In this document: positions 1-11,575 of the stretch, in pieces
Position numbering within the stretch: the stretch's first letter is position 1
How the letters are laid out: each line of letters begins with the position of its first letter
Origin: Heterodontus francisci
Taxonomy: Eukaryota
NCBI RefSeq assembly: GCF_036365525.1
Contig: NC_090403.1
Span: 26,359,461 to 26,423,460, forward strand
DNA: 64,000 nucleotides
Direction of reading: 5' to 3'
Translations under genes and position numbers: made by a program
The notes under the pieces: model-generated
Told to the model about the DNA's origin: nothing
Seen by the model: only the letters and a program-made list of their open reading frames with translations
The model's database searches: none

Positions 1-1900
1 GCAGCTGAAAACTGGGCATCCATGAAGCACTGTGAGCCATCAGCAGCAGCAGAATTGTATTCAATCAGACTCTGTAACTGCATGGCCTGGCATGTCCCTC
101 ACTCTACCATCACCATCAAGCCCGAGGATCAGACCTGGTTCAATGAGGAGTTTAAGAGAGCAAGCCAGGAGCAGCACCAGGGATATCTAAAAATGAGATA
201 TCAACCTGGTGAAGCTACCACACAGGACAACATGCATGTTAAACAGCAGAAGCAGCATGCCATAGAGCTAAGAGATCCCACACCAATGGATCAGATCAAA
301 GCTCTGCAGCCCTGCCACATCCAGTTGTGTATGGTGGTGGACAATTAAACAACTGACAGGAGGAAAAGGCTCCACAAACATCCCCAGTGTCAATGCTGGG
401 GGAGCCCAGAACATTAGTGCAAAAGACAAGGCTAAAGTATTTACATCCATCTTGGCCTCCTCGTGAGGTCCCCAGCATCATAGATACAAATCTTCAACCA
501 ATTCAATTCACTCCACGTGATATCAAGAAATGGCTGAAGGGACAGGATACAGCAAAGGCTATAGGGCCTGACAACATCCTGGCAGTAGAACTGAAGACTT
601 GTTCTCCAGAATAAGCTGCACCCTTAGCCAAGCTTTTCCAGTACAGCTACAACATTGCGATCTACCCAACAAAGCAGAAAATTGCCCAGGTGTGTCATGT
701 GCACAAAAGACAGTTCAAATCCAATCTGGCCAATTTCCATCCCATCAGTCTGCTCTCGATCATCAGCAAAGTGCTGGAGGGTGTGGTCAACAGTTCTATC
801 AAGTGGCACTTAGACAGCAATAACCTGTTCACTGATGCTCAGTTTGGGTTCCAACAGGTCAATCCAGCTCCAGGCCTCATAACAGCCTTGGTCCAAACAT
901 GAACAAAAGGGCTGAATTCAAGTGGTAAGATGAGAGTGACTGACTTGACATCAAGGCAGCATTTGACTGAGTGTTGCATCAAAGAGCCCTAGCAAAATTG
1001 AAGTCAATGGGAATCAGGGGGAAAACTCTTCATTGATTGGAGTCATACCGAGAACAAATGAAGATGGTTGTGGTTGTTGACAGCCAAACATCTAAGCCCC
1101 AGGACATCGCTGCAGGAGTTTCACAGGTTCGTGTCCCAGACCAAACCATCTTCAGCCGCTTCATCAATTACTTTCCCACCATCAGAAGCTCAGAAGTGGG
1201 AATGTTCACTGATGACTTTTTTCAGTACCAACTGAGACTCCTCAGGTACTCAAGCAGTTCATCTCCACCTGCAGCAAGAGCTGAACAACATTCAGGCTTG
1301 GGCTGATAAGTGACAAGTAACATTCATGACCACAAGTGCCAAGTAATGACCATCTCCAACAAGAGAGAATCTAACCATCTCCACTTGATATTCAACAACA
1401 TTACTATCACTGAATATCCCACTATCAACATCCTGAGGGTTATCATTGACCAGAAACTTAACAGGACCAGTCATATAAATACTGTGGCAACAAGAGCAGC
1501 TCAGAGGCTGGTAATTCTGCGGGAGTAATTCACCTCCTGACGCCCCAATGCCAGTCCACCACCTACAAGGCACAAGTCAGGAATGTGATGGAATACTCTC
1601 CACTTGCCTGGATGAGTGCAGCTCCAACAACACTCAAGATGCTCGACACCATCCAGGACGAAGCAGCCCAATTGATTGACACCAGATCCAACACCTTCAA
1701 CATTCTCTCCCTCCACCAGCATTGCAGTGTGTAACTTGTACAAGATGCACTGCAGCAAATCACCAAGAATTCTTCGACAGCACTTTCCAAAGCTGCAACC
1801 TCTACCACAGCAGCTGCTTGGCAACACTATCACCTGCGTGTTCCCCTCCAAGCTACAAACCATCCTGACTTGGGAGTATATCGCCGTTCCTCCACTGTTA
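1..1900 (+). mobile_element. Decayed CR1/L2-group LINE in intron 2 of IFN copy A
   Basis: Frameshifted RT fragments (KAIGPDNI, PISLLSIISKVLE, QFGF, MFTDD); duplicate of ~15009-16905. Confidence 0.85.
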
Positions 1901-2107
1901 GAATTAAGGAGAAAGTAAGTGCTGTCATTGTGAGTGATGTAGTTAGTGAGTGAATGACTGAGTAGTTCTGCTGTCATTCTCACACCAATGGGCGGAAAAC
2001 ACTGGATTTAAATTTCCTGGTGTTGAAATTACTGATCAGGTTGATGATCTTACTCATACTCTCAATAAAACTCCAGTTCGAATAAAATAAACCCAGTGTT
2101 CACTCAC

Positions 2108-2504
2108 CTCGAATCCCTTCGAAAGTTTCATCAGGTTCAAGGGCTTGGTTTTCAGCGAGAGCCTCTGTTTTACACACTGTCGAGGAAAGGGACCGCCCTG
2201 AGAGGAGATAACAATCACTGTTACAATCAGCCCCAGAAACTGAAATACTACAGAATCACTGACTATTAATTAGCAAAATTATAAACTGCAAACTATTTCT
2301 CCTGATATGGCTTTTCACAACAAACAAACCCTGTGTGGTCCGGTTATGGTTCTGAATGTGTTTTAAACTCACCATTTCATTCAGTTTGCTCAGAGTCTCT
2401 GTGTTGAGAACTTGTTGTAACTGCAACCTCTCACAGCCCAGACTCAGGGTCCCGGGCAACAAGACCAACACCATCCAAAATCTCCAAACACTGGGGAAAG
2501 CCAT
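2108..2504 (-). CDS. IFN: Type I interferon, copy A (exons 1-2 only; the rest lies beyond the left window edge)
   Basis: Exon1 2504-2373 (MAFPSVWRFWMVLVLLPGTLSLGCERLQLQQVLNTETLSKLNEM, donor GTGAGT). Exon2 2197-2108 (acceptor ctctcag, GGPFPRQCVKQRLSLKTKPLNLMKLSKGFE, donor GTGAGT). Near-identical to exons 1-2 of complete copies B and C. Confidence 0.9.
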
Positions 2505-2590
2505 CCCAAGCGACCCAGAGTAAAACACTGATCTGAAGGATGAGTAACCGACGGCTTCGATGTTCAGCGCCAAAACGCTTCTTGTTCACT

Positions 2591-3545
2591 GACTGAAACT
2601 GTGAAAGTGGAAATGCAGCCGATTCTGATCCAGGAGCGACCGTCTGTGTTGCTGAATGGTGTGAGAGTGCGGCTGGATTCTGCTGGGATCTCTCACTGAC
2701 ACTGCCATGCTGTCGGATTTAATGTGTGGCATTACATTCGAAAAGTGAAAATATTCTGCAGGATTTTTGGAGTTTGTGCTATTTCTTTTTGATGTAAGGA
2801 ATCGAAAATCTGGAGACTCCAGAGCCAGCGACTGGAAAATCCCCGGTAGAAAAACATTGAACCAGCTCTCGATTCCAGTTCAATGTTGTGTGGGTTCAGA
2901 TCACCGGGGCATGAAGGGAGAGTCTGCATTGGGGGGAGTGTGAACATGTATTGGGGCTGTATTTTATAATCGGGTTTAGAGAGACACTGACAGCGGTAAT
3001 CCGGTGCCGCGGCTTTTAATGCTGACATTCGGCTCCAGAAAGAGCGATTCCCTTTTAAATCCACTCTCTCCCCGGTGTGCTCACATCGCGCTTTTCCTGT
3101 TCACACTTCGCAGGTTGGACATTGCAGAGACCCCGGGTCACAGCCCAGGGTCACCGCTTGATGCCGAATGTCTCCGCTCGGATTCACCTGTCGGAGAATC
3201 TGCTCATTCAGTGGAAGAAGTTTGTCATTTCTGGGCTCTTTTCTGCGGTCATTTTCAGAGTTTGTTTGAAAGAAAATTTAATCTGCTTCGACTCTGAGTC
3301 CCAAAGTGATCCCGCTCCCTTTTCTTTCATCATTTCTTTCTTGTATCCCTCCCGGGAAAGTGTCCGTGTCAGTTTCTCTGTGGAAATGAACCTTGTGTCA
3401 ATTACATCGAAAGTGAAAGTGTCTCAGGGAAAGTGACGAGTTTTGTCATTTCCGAAAGGGAGGAGAGTTTGTAAACAGAGCGGGTCACACTGAGAGGGCT
3501 GAGGGGGAGCTGCAACAGGGTTTGGGATATCCGGGATATCCCCGA
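2591..3545 (-). promoter_or_regulatory. Upstream regulatory region of IFN copy A (IRF and NF-kB motifs)
   Basis: GAAAGTGGAAA ~2603; GAAAAGTGAAA 2740; GGAAAATCCCC 2834-2844 (kB consensus GGGGATTTTCC on minus); GAAAGTGAAAGTG 3409-3421 (IFN-beta PRDI-like); GGGATATCCGGGATATCCCC 3524-3543; TATAAAA on minus at 2962-2968; CpG-rich. Confidence 0.7.
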
Positions 3546-4258
3546 TTCCAAAGGGAATGTCACAAAATCAATCTCATCTGAAACTGTGATCAAAAACTTC
3601 CGTCCGGGTGGATGTGGGACTGAGATCCCACGAGCACCAGCTTTAGCCGGGAGAAAAACTGCAATTTAGAATAATGCTGATGGTAACAGGATAATGGTGA
3701 ATAAAACTGTAGGAATTGTAAATAGTTTCGAATGGAGGCGGAAGGAGGGTTAGGGAATTTAAGGAGGAATGTTTAAAACACTGGTGGGTAACATAAAAGG
3801 AAGTAGCAAGGACTCTTAGCAGCGCGTCCATTATAATCTTACTCTGTACCTTTATCATTCTGCATAATTGGACTTCCTAATGTCAACATCTTGTCACCCC
3901 ATTGGGGTAGAGATTCCGCTTTGTAGGAATTCATGGGGAGAGCAAATAGATGGGTTTATCCCCAATTTTGCCTCATTGCGCTCCGAACGAAATTGGATGT
4001 TTTGAGATTTTGTTCTCGAGTTTCCGCTCAAATTCGTTTGCCAATCCCCAAACGCAAAATCTGCCATGAACCAACAAATCGGTCAGGGATTTCAAATGTA
4101 TTTTTAATAAAACTGCCTTAAACTGTTCGATTAGATATTTAAGAGTGGAAACAGTTGCAGTTTGATTCATACAGCAGAAAATGGATTTATCACAAAAAGT
4201 AAGCATTTTAAATGACACTATCAATCCTGCAGCTGTGAGATTTTAAATGACTGAAATT

Positions 4259-4788
4259 AAGAACAAAGAACAAAGAAAATTACAGCACAGGAACAGGCCC
4301 TTCGGCCCTCCAAGCCTACGCCGATCCAAATCCTCTCTCTAAACCTGTCGCCTATTTTCTAAGGGTCTGTATCTCTTTACTTCCTGCCCATTCATGTATC
4401 TGTCTAGATACATCTTAAAAGACGCTATCATGCCCGCGTCTACCACCTCCGCTGGCAAAGCGTTCCATGCACCCACCACCCTCTGCGTATAGAAATTTCC
4501 ACGCATATCCCCCCTAAACTTTTCCCCTTTCACTTTGAACTCGTGTCCCCTTGTAATTGAATACCCCACTCTGGGAAAAAGCTTCTTGCTATCCACTCTG
4601 TCTATACCTCTCATGATTTTGTACACCTCAATCAGGTCCCCCCTCAACCTCTGCCTTTCTAATGAAAATAATCCTAATCTGCTCAACCTCTCTTCATAGC
4701 TAGCGCCCTCCAAACCAGGCAACATCCTGGTGAATCTCCTCTGCACCCTCTCCAAAGCATCCACATCCTTTTGGTAATGTGGCGACCA
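4259..4788 (-). mobile_element. 5'-truncated young CR1 LINE, specific to the A-B spacer
   Basis: C-terminal ORF2 (QFWSPHYQKDVDALERVQRRFTRM...), (TTCTTTG)n tail, TSD AAATT (4254-4258 / 4789-4793). The empty site is visible at ~19260. Confidence 0.92.
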
Positions 4789-5155
4789 AAATTGGCATTT
4801 TAAAATATATAGGCCCATTTGTTAGTTATATTTGGGTGCAATAGTCATTTTCTTCGTAAAGTAAACTTGCCGAATCTTGTCCTTATTGCCCAAATGAAGC
4901 ACTTTAAGATTTGGATCCTCCGGAGAGGCCTGCAATTACAATGGTGATTAATTTATCCTGGCAATAAAGCCACTATTTTGGCACAAACTGCTTCCAGTGC
5001 AATTTTTTTTCTAAACTAGCGGTGAGAGTGGAAACTCAATTTGCCCTGGACGTAATTTGCAGGTAACAGCGGTCAATCTTTCACAGTTATTTCACTGACT
5101 TTGGGTGAGTTGCACTGAGCAAACCAGGACAAATAGTCATGTGGTAGTACAGAAC

Positions 5156-6297
5156 TTGAGAACTGCTAAAAATAGAGACATATTGTGGAAGCTTTTGTTC
5201 TTGCACTCATCAGGCCAACAGGCAAGAATAACCAATGTCAGGGGAAACAACAACTTATTCTGTATGAGAACAGAGTGCTGATTGGTTGGCAAGTGAAATC
5301 TGATTGGTAGAGGCTTTGACATGGAGCATGCACCAGTTTATGGTGACTGACAGTTAACTGTCAAGCTTTGTTTGAAATTTAAACCAGGCAGCTTGACTCT
5401 GGCTGGTCAAGGCATTTCTCTGAGGAATGAACCAGCAAATGGCTGAAACAGCGGCAATGTGTGTACATGTTCATTCTGTGTGCACCGAACAGAACCCTGC
5501 GTAATAAGATATGTAGCTTCCAGAACACACAAATGCGCCACACTGTGAGCCCGACTGACAATCTTCAGTTAGTTGTCAGTGTAATTCTTAGCACACTGCG
5601 GATTATTTAGCAAATGTTGTCCAATTGCAGAATCACATCTAATGTTGGACATTGTGTTCTGAGCTTTGCAACCTAGGGCTGGTTGGTTACGTCCTGTACG
5701 TTGCCTGCTGCAAACAGTGGAAGGGACAATTCACCAGTCTTTGGGATATGCAGCCTAAATACTTAGCATCACACTGGCATTGAAATTCATACATCACACA
5801 ACTCACTTGTGTGATAGGCAGGATGATGTTTGCCTTGACAGCAGCATCAGGTTAGTGGTGAACACCATGCGTGTTGCTACTGCATAGCGAACTTTACCTG
5901 TTGATCAATGTTTTGGGATACATTACCTCCAGGGTAATTTGAGGTAGACTGGGCATTTCTCAGGGCCACAAATAATGGCCTTACGCACGTTTCTATGTTT
6001 CCGTGATTTCCAGTGAGAAATGATCTGATCAGGGTCACCAATGTCACACAGGATTTCATTGATTCACCCTATTTCAGCATCAAGCTTGCATGGTGAGCAA
6101 ATGGCTCGGGCCCTATTTACGAGGTTGACCACAAAGTCAATCTTATAGCGCGTGGAACTGTAGGAATCCCAATACTTGTATTGAACAATGAAGTATAAGA
6201 TGTTGTTTTCCCTTACATTGGTTATTCCTGCGTGTTGTCCTGATGAGTGCAAAATGAAAAGCTTCGACAACATATCTCTATTTTAAGCAATTCTCAA
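5156..6297 (-). mobile_element. Penelope-like element remnant with ~105-bp inverted terminal repeats
   Basis: 5156-5260 is the reverse complement of 6193-6297. Internal remnants of the RT C-terminus (YWDSYSSTRYKI...LVNRARAICS) and GIY-YIG nuclease. Flanked by aaaccaggacaa / aaactaggacaa. Confidence 0.85.
6233..6272 (+). ncRNA. Minimal type I hammerhead ribozyme motif (Penelope-associated)
   Basis: TGTTGTC-CTGATGA-GTGCAAAAT-GAA-AAGCTT-C-GACAACA: perfect 7-bp stem I, intact core, weak stem II, palindromic AAGCTT stem III; predicted cleavage after C6265. Confidence 0.7.
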
Positions 6298-7815
6298 AAA
6301 CTAGGACAAGCGAGCGGAAAGTCCTCTTTGCTTTTTGTTAATTCTAAATTCCTATCCACCATTTATTTTGAGACTTGCATTATAAAATTGATGGTCTGAG
6401 TGCATAAAACAAGGCACTTCAGATGAAAAGAGGTAGAAATTATGATGTCACTTCGTGGGTGGGAGACAAAGGAATGAATAGAGGGTCGATGGAATGTTCG
6501 GGATGCAAAGCGGCAATAAACTGAACCATTTGGTCGCTGCGTAAAAGATAATGGGAGATTGACTAACAATTTAGGTGAAGCTGTTTGTCAGCATTTATCA
6601 TTGTAAATTGCTATGTTAGCATTTGAAATCCAATTTTGACATGGCAACTGCCAAACTGCCATGATATAATTGCAGCCTTTGGTCATAAGGTTGCTCTTTC
6701 CATATCTTTCTATTATTCGCTTGGAGAGAATAGTGCGAACTAATGGGAGGATTTGCAGGATGATTAACAGTCTGACAAATGGCGTCTTGAGCATTCCTTC
6801 CATGGCCATAAACATACCAATTGACAGATTGATCAGTCCAAGACAACAGGAGAGTATTATAGGCTCTCATAAACCATGCGGAGTATGGGGAATCCACTGG
6901 ATACATGTGCACACGTGGATGTCAACCCAGAATTCAGAACCAGAATTTGGACCCTCCATTGAGACACTCTGGGACATCCCATCCTCTGACCCGAGGCAGT
7001 AATCAAAATACTAAGCCAAAGGTTCACTCCAGGCCCTGGCGTGATCCTGTGGAATAAGTCTCTGAAGTTTTCCAACATGCATAGAAAAAATGTATATTGA
7101 TGAATTGACTGTGGACAAACCCAGGGGAAATGTATTCATAAGAAATGAGAGGATAGTCAGTGAAGGGCTGTGTGCACTTGTGGATGAATGAAGACTTGTG
7201 TTTGAACAAATGGTAGAAATATTGAGATGAATACACAAAAGCAAGGATGAAGTGCATATCAGTGGACCAAAGGGAAGGGAGGATAAAAACAAGTAAGTGT
7301 GAATGACAGTAGAAAATACACCAGGTCCAGATCATATGCAATCTAAGAAACTATGAAATAAGGTCAATGAGAGAAAGAACAAATCATAATTTTCCAATCA
7401 ACTTCAGAAACAAGTATTGTGCCAAAGGATTGCAGGGTGGCAAGATATTAGACTTAATTCAACTGTATGTAACTCTATGGAGTTCATAGTATGGGGTGAA
7501 ATAATTGAGAAGTCGGAGAAGCATGAGGGACAGTCAACACGAATCTGTAAATAATACTTGTGCTTGCAGAATACCGTTTAAGTTTTCAATAAGCTCACAT
7601 ACAAATCGACAGAAATGCAATCAGTGTTAAAGATATAGATTTTCAGAAGGTGTAAGACACTCCCACTTTTCACTCATTCTCACTCATCACACCCATTGAT
7701 TGATTTCCCCGTCTGTACTCTGTGTCAGATACTCCAGTCATCTCCTGCCGCCACCCATTCCTTTTCTCCGTCCATTTCCAATTGATGGCTTTATTTTGCC
7801 CTTTCCTGTTTAACA

Positions 7816-10716
7816 GGAACTGGTGGTCTGAGGTGTATTTGTTTTAATGCAAGAAGTGTAGTAGGTAAGGCAGATGAACTTAGGGCTTGGATTAGTACCT
7901 GGGAGTATGATGTTATTGCTATTACTGAGACTTGGTTAAGGGAAGGGCATGATTGGCAACTAAATATCCCAGGATACCGATGCTTCAGGCGGGATAGAGA
8001 GGGAGGTAAAAGGGGTGGAGGAGTTGCATTACTGGTCAAAGAGGATATCACAGCTGTGCTGAAGGAAGGCACTAAGGAGGACTCGAGCTATGAGGCAATA
8101 TGGGCAGAACTCAGAAATAGGAAGGGTGCGGTAACAATGTTGGGGCTGTACTATAGGCCTCCCAACAGCGAGCGTGAGATAGAGGTCCAAATATGTAAAC
8201 AGATTATGGAAAGCTGCAGGAGCAACAGGATGGTGGTGATAGGAGATTTTAGTTTTCCCAACATTGACTGGGATTCACTTAATGTTAGAGGTCTAGATGG
8301 AGCAGAATTTGTAAGGAGCATCCAGGAGGGTTTTCTAGAGCAGTATGTAAATAGTCCAACTCGGGAAGGGGCCATACTGGACCTGGTGTTGGGAAATGAG
8401 CCGGGCCAGGTGGTTGACGTTTCAGTAGGGGACTACTTTGGGAATAGTGATCACAATTCCGTAAGTTTTAGAATACTCATGGACAAAGACGAGAGTGGTC
8501 CTAAAGGAAGAGTGCTAAACTGGGGGAAGGCCAACTATACCAAAATTCGGCAGGAGCTGGGGAATGTAGATTGGGAGCAGCTGTTTGAAGGTAAATCCAC
8601 TTTTGATATGTGGGAGGCTTTTAAAGAGAGGTTGATTAGCGTGCAGGAGAGACATGTTTCTGTGAAAATGAGGGGTAGAAATGGCAAGATTAGGGAACCA
8701 TGGATGACAGGTGAAATTGTGAGACTAGCAAAGAGGAAAAAGGAAGCACACATAAGGTCTAGGCGGCTGAAGAAAGACGAAGCTTTGAAAGAATATCGGG
8801 ATTGTAGGACCAATCTGAAACGAGGAATTAAGAAGGCTAAAAGGGGTCATGAAATATCTTTCGCAAACAGGGTTAAGGAAAATCCCAAAGCCTTTTATTC
8901 ATATATAAGGAGCAAGAGGGTAACTAGAGAAAGAATTGGCCCACTCAAGGACAAAGGAGGAAAGTTATGCGTGGAGTCAGAGAAAACGGGTGAGATTCTA
9001 AACGAGTACCTTGCATCGGTATTCACTGAGGAGAGGGACATGACGGATGTTGAGGTTAGGGACAGATGTTTGATTACTCTAGGTCAAGTCGGCATAAGGA
9101 GGGAGGAAGTGTTGGGTATTCTAAAAGGCATTAAGCTGGACAAGTCCCCAGGTCCGGATGGGATCTATCCCAGGTTACTGTGGGAAGCGAGAGAGGAAAT
9201 AGTTGGGGCCTTAACAGATATCTTTGCAACCTCCTTAAACACGGGTGAGGTCCCGGAGGACTGGAGAATTTCTAATGTTGACCCCTTGCTTAAGAAGGGT
9301 AGCAGGGAAAGTCCAGGTAATTATAGACTGGTGAGCCTGACGTCAGTGGTAGGGAAGCTGCTGGAGAAGATACTGAGGGATAGGATCTATTCCCATCTGG
9401 AAGAAAATGGGCTTATCAGTGATAGGCAACATGGTTTTGTGCAGGGAAGGTCATGTCTTACCAACTTAATAGAATTCTTTGAGGAAGTGACAAAGTTGAT
9501 TGATGATGGAAGGGCTGTAGATGTCATATACATGGACTTCAGTAAGGCGTTTGATAAGGTTCCCCATGGTAGGCTGATGGAGAAAGTGAAGGCGCATGGG
9601 GTCCAAGGTGTACTAGCTAGATGGATAAAGAACTGGCTGGGCAACAGGAGACAGAGAGTAGCAGTGGAAGGGAGTTTCTCAAATTGGAGACGTGTGACCA
9701 GTGGTGTTCCACAGGGATCTGTGCTGGGACCACTGTTGTTTGTGATATACATAAATGATTTGGAGGAAAGTATAGGTGGTCTGATTAGCAAGTTTGCAGA
9801 CGACACTAAGATTGGTGGAGTAGCAGATACTGAAGGGGACTGTCAGAGAATACAGCAGAATATAGATAGATTGGAGAGTTGGGCATAGAAATGGCAGATG
9901 GAGTTCAATCAGGGCAAATGCGAGGTGTTGCATTTTGGAAGATCCAATTCAAGAGTGAACTATACAGTAAATGGAAAAGTCCTGGGGAAAATTGATGTAC
10001 AGAGAGATTTGGGTGTTCAGGTTCATTGTTCCCTGAAGGTGGCAACGCAGGTCAATAGAGTGGTCAAGAAGGCATACGGCATGCTTTCCTTCATCGGACG
10101 GGGTATTGAGTGCAAGAGTTGGCAGGTCATGTTACAGTTGTATAGGACTTTGGTTCGGCCACATTTGGAATACTGCGTGCAGTTCTGGTCGCCACATTAC
10201 CAAAAGGATGTGGATGCTTTGGAGAGGGTGCAGAGGAGGTTCACCAGGATGTTGCCTGGTATGGAGGGCGCTAGCTATGAAGAGAGGTTGAGTAGATTAG
10301 GATTATTTTCATTAGAAAGACGGAGGTTGAGGGGGGACCTGATTGAGGTGTACAAAATCATGAGAGGTATAGGCAGGGTGGATAGCAAGAAGCTTTTTCC
10401 CAGAGTGGGGGATTCAATTACAAGGGGACACGAGTTCAAAGTGAAAGGGGAAAAGTTTAGGGGGGATATCTGTGGAAACTTCTTTACGCAGAGGGTGGTG
10501 GGTGCATGGAACGCATTACCAGCGGAGGTGGTAGACGCGGGCACGATAGCGTCTTTTAAGATGTATCGAGACAGATACATGAATGGGCAGGAAGTAAAGA
10601 GATACAGACCCTTAGAAAATAGGCGACAGATTTAGATAGAGGATCTGGATCGGCGTATTCTTGGAGGGCCGAAGGGCCTGTTCCTGTGCTGTACTTCTCT
10701 TTGTTCTTTGTTCTTC
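7816..10716 (+). mobile_element. Young CR1 LINE with almost complete ORF2 (APE endonuclease + RT), specific to the A-B spacer
   Basis: Frame runs from CFNARS...ITETWL through KFADD to RRQI with one in-frame TAG at 9886-9888; (TTCTTTG)n tail; TSD TAACA 7811-7815 / 10717-10721; empty site at ~22190. Confidence 0.97.
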
Positions 10717-10986
10717 TAACACCTAAGGCTTAATCCTCTCTCATTTGGAGTGCGGATATGAAGTTGAGAAAAGAGTGGAAAATCAGGTAAATTGGGTTTG
10801 AAATGGATTGACAGCTTTGAGCAGTGAGGGAAAATCAGACAGCAGAGAGAGGAGACTTGAGCAGAGATTGTATCAGTAACAGACAGCAAGGAGAAAAATC
10901 CAGAGCATTTATAGTGAGTATGGAAAACTGATCAACACAAATGAGAAATAGATATTATTCTTGTAAATGTGAATTTTTGAAAACAA

Positions 10987-11575
10987 TTTATTTACACCAA
11001 CATATATTCATTCAGTATAAAAGATTTCCAGTTTACAAAAACATTGTCTATCCCACAACTCTTAATAAATATCAATAAGTTAATTTTTAAACTCACTTTA
11101 CACATTGTATAACACTGTAACATTTCATTATGTGAACAAATCACAACAATAAATATCAATGAATTAGGATGAATTGAGATGGATTGTAGTTTGGGCTCTT
11201 TGGAGAGCAGAATTGTAAAGGTCAGTGTGACTCAGGGTTCATTGATCTGCAAGCCTACACCCTTGAAAGCCCAATAGGGCATTCAAAACCAGACTCCCCA
11301 CAATGAGCCCTTTAGCATTTCATCACAGGAAGTTATCACAGTAATAAATATAAATAAATTAAAATAAATAATTAAATATGAAACAATATTAAGCCAGTCA
11401 TTCTTCTCTATCGGTCATTTTGCTGCCAATGGCATCATTACAGCAATCCAATTACATTAAAATATTAAATAAAATAAATATTGTTGAATAAAATATATGT
11501 AGTTATACATTTAAGGCATTTAAAATAAATATTTATTTTTTCCAGTCTGTACTGAAACATGTCTTTGGAAAGTCT
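10987..11575 (-). promoter_or_regulatory. 3' UTR of IFN copy B with AU-rich elements and candidate poly(A) signal
   Basis: Many ATTTA pentamers on minus (taaat on plus) clustered at 11341-11380 and 11461-11530; AATAAA on minus at 10987-10992. Confidence 0.7.

Noticed and set aside
2256-2573. 105-aa ORFs (also 17263-17580 and 25412-25684) as stand-alone small proteins
   Set aside because: They are IFN exon 1 read with 5' UTR and intron 1; the real start is the MAF/MAL ATG and the frame leaves at the GTGAGT donor.
2962-2968. TATAAAA as the definite core promoter of IFN
   Set aside because: It lies ~460 bp from the ATG with several upstream ATGs in between; the TSS cannot be placed from sequence alone.
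3077-3436. 119-aa plus-strand ORF repeated at 18085 and 26236
   Set aside because: Repetition reflects the segmental duplication; it has a non-ATG start, is frameshifted in copy C and has no recognisable domain.
5181-5220. Minus-strand hammerhead copies (also 19653-19692) as active ribozymes
   Set aside because: The essential G12 of the GAAA box is replaced by C and stem I has mismatches.
8056-9888. 610-aa RT ORF as a host gene or a prokaryote-type RT system (retron, DGR)
   Set aside because: It is CR1 ORF2 with an APE domain, microsatellite tail and TSD in a vertebrate context.
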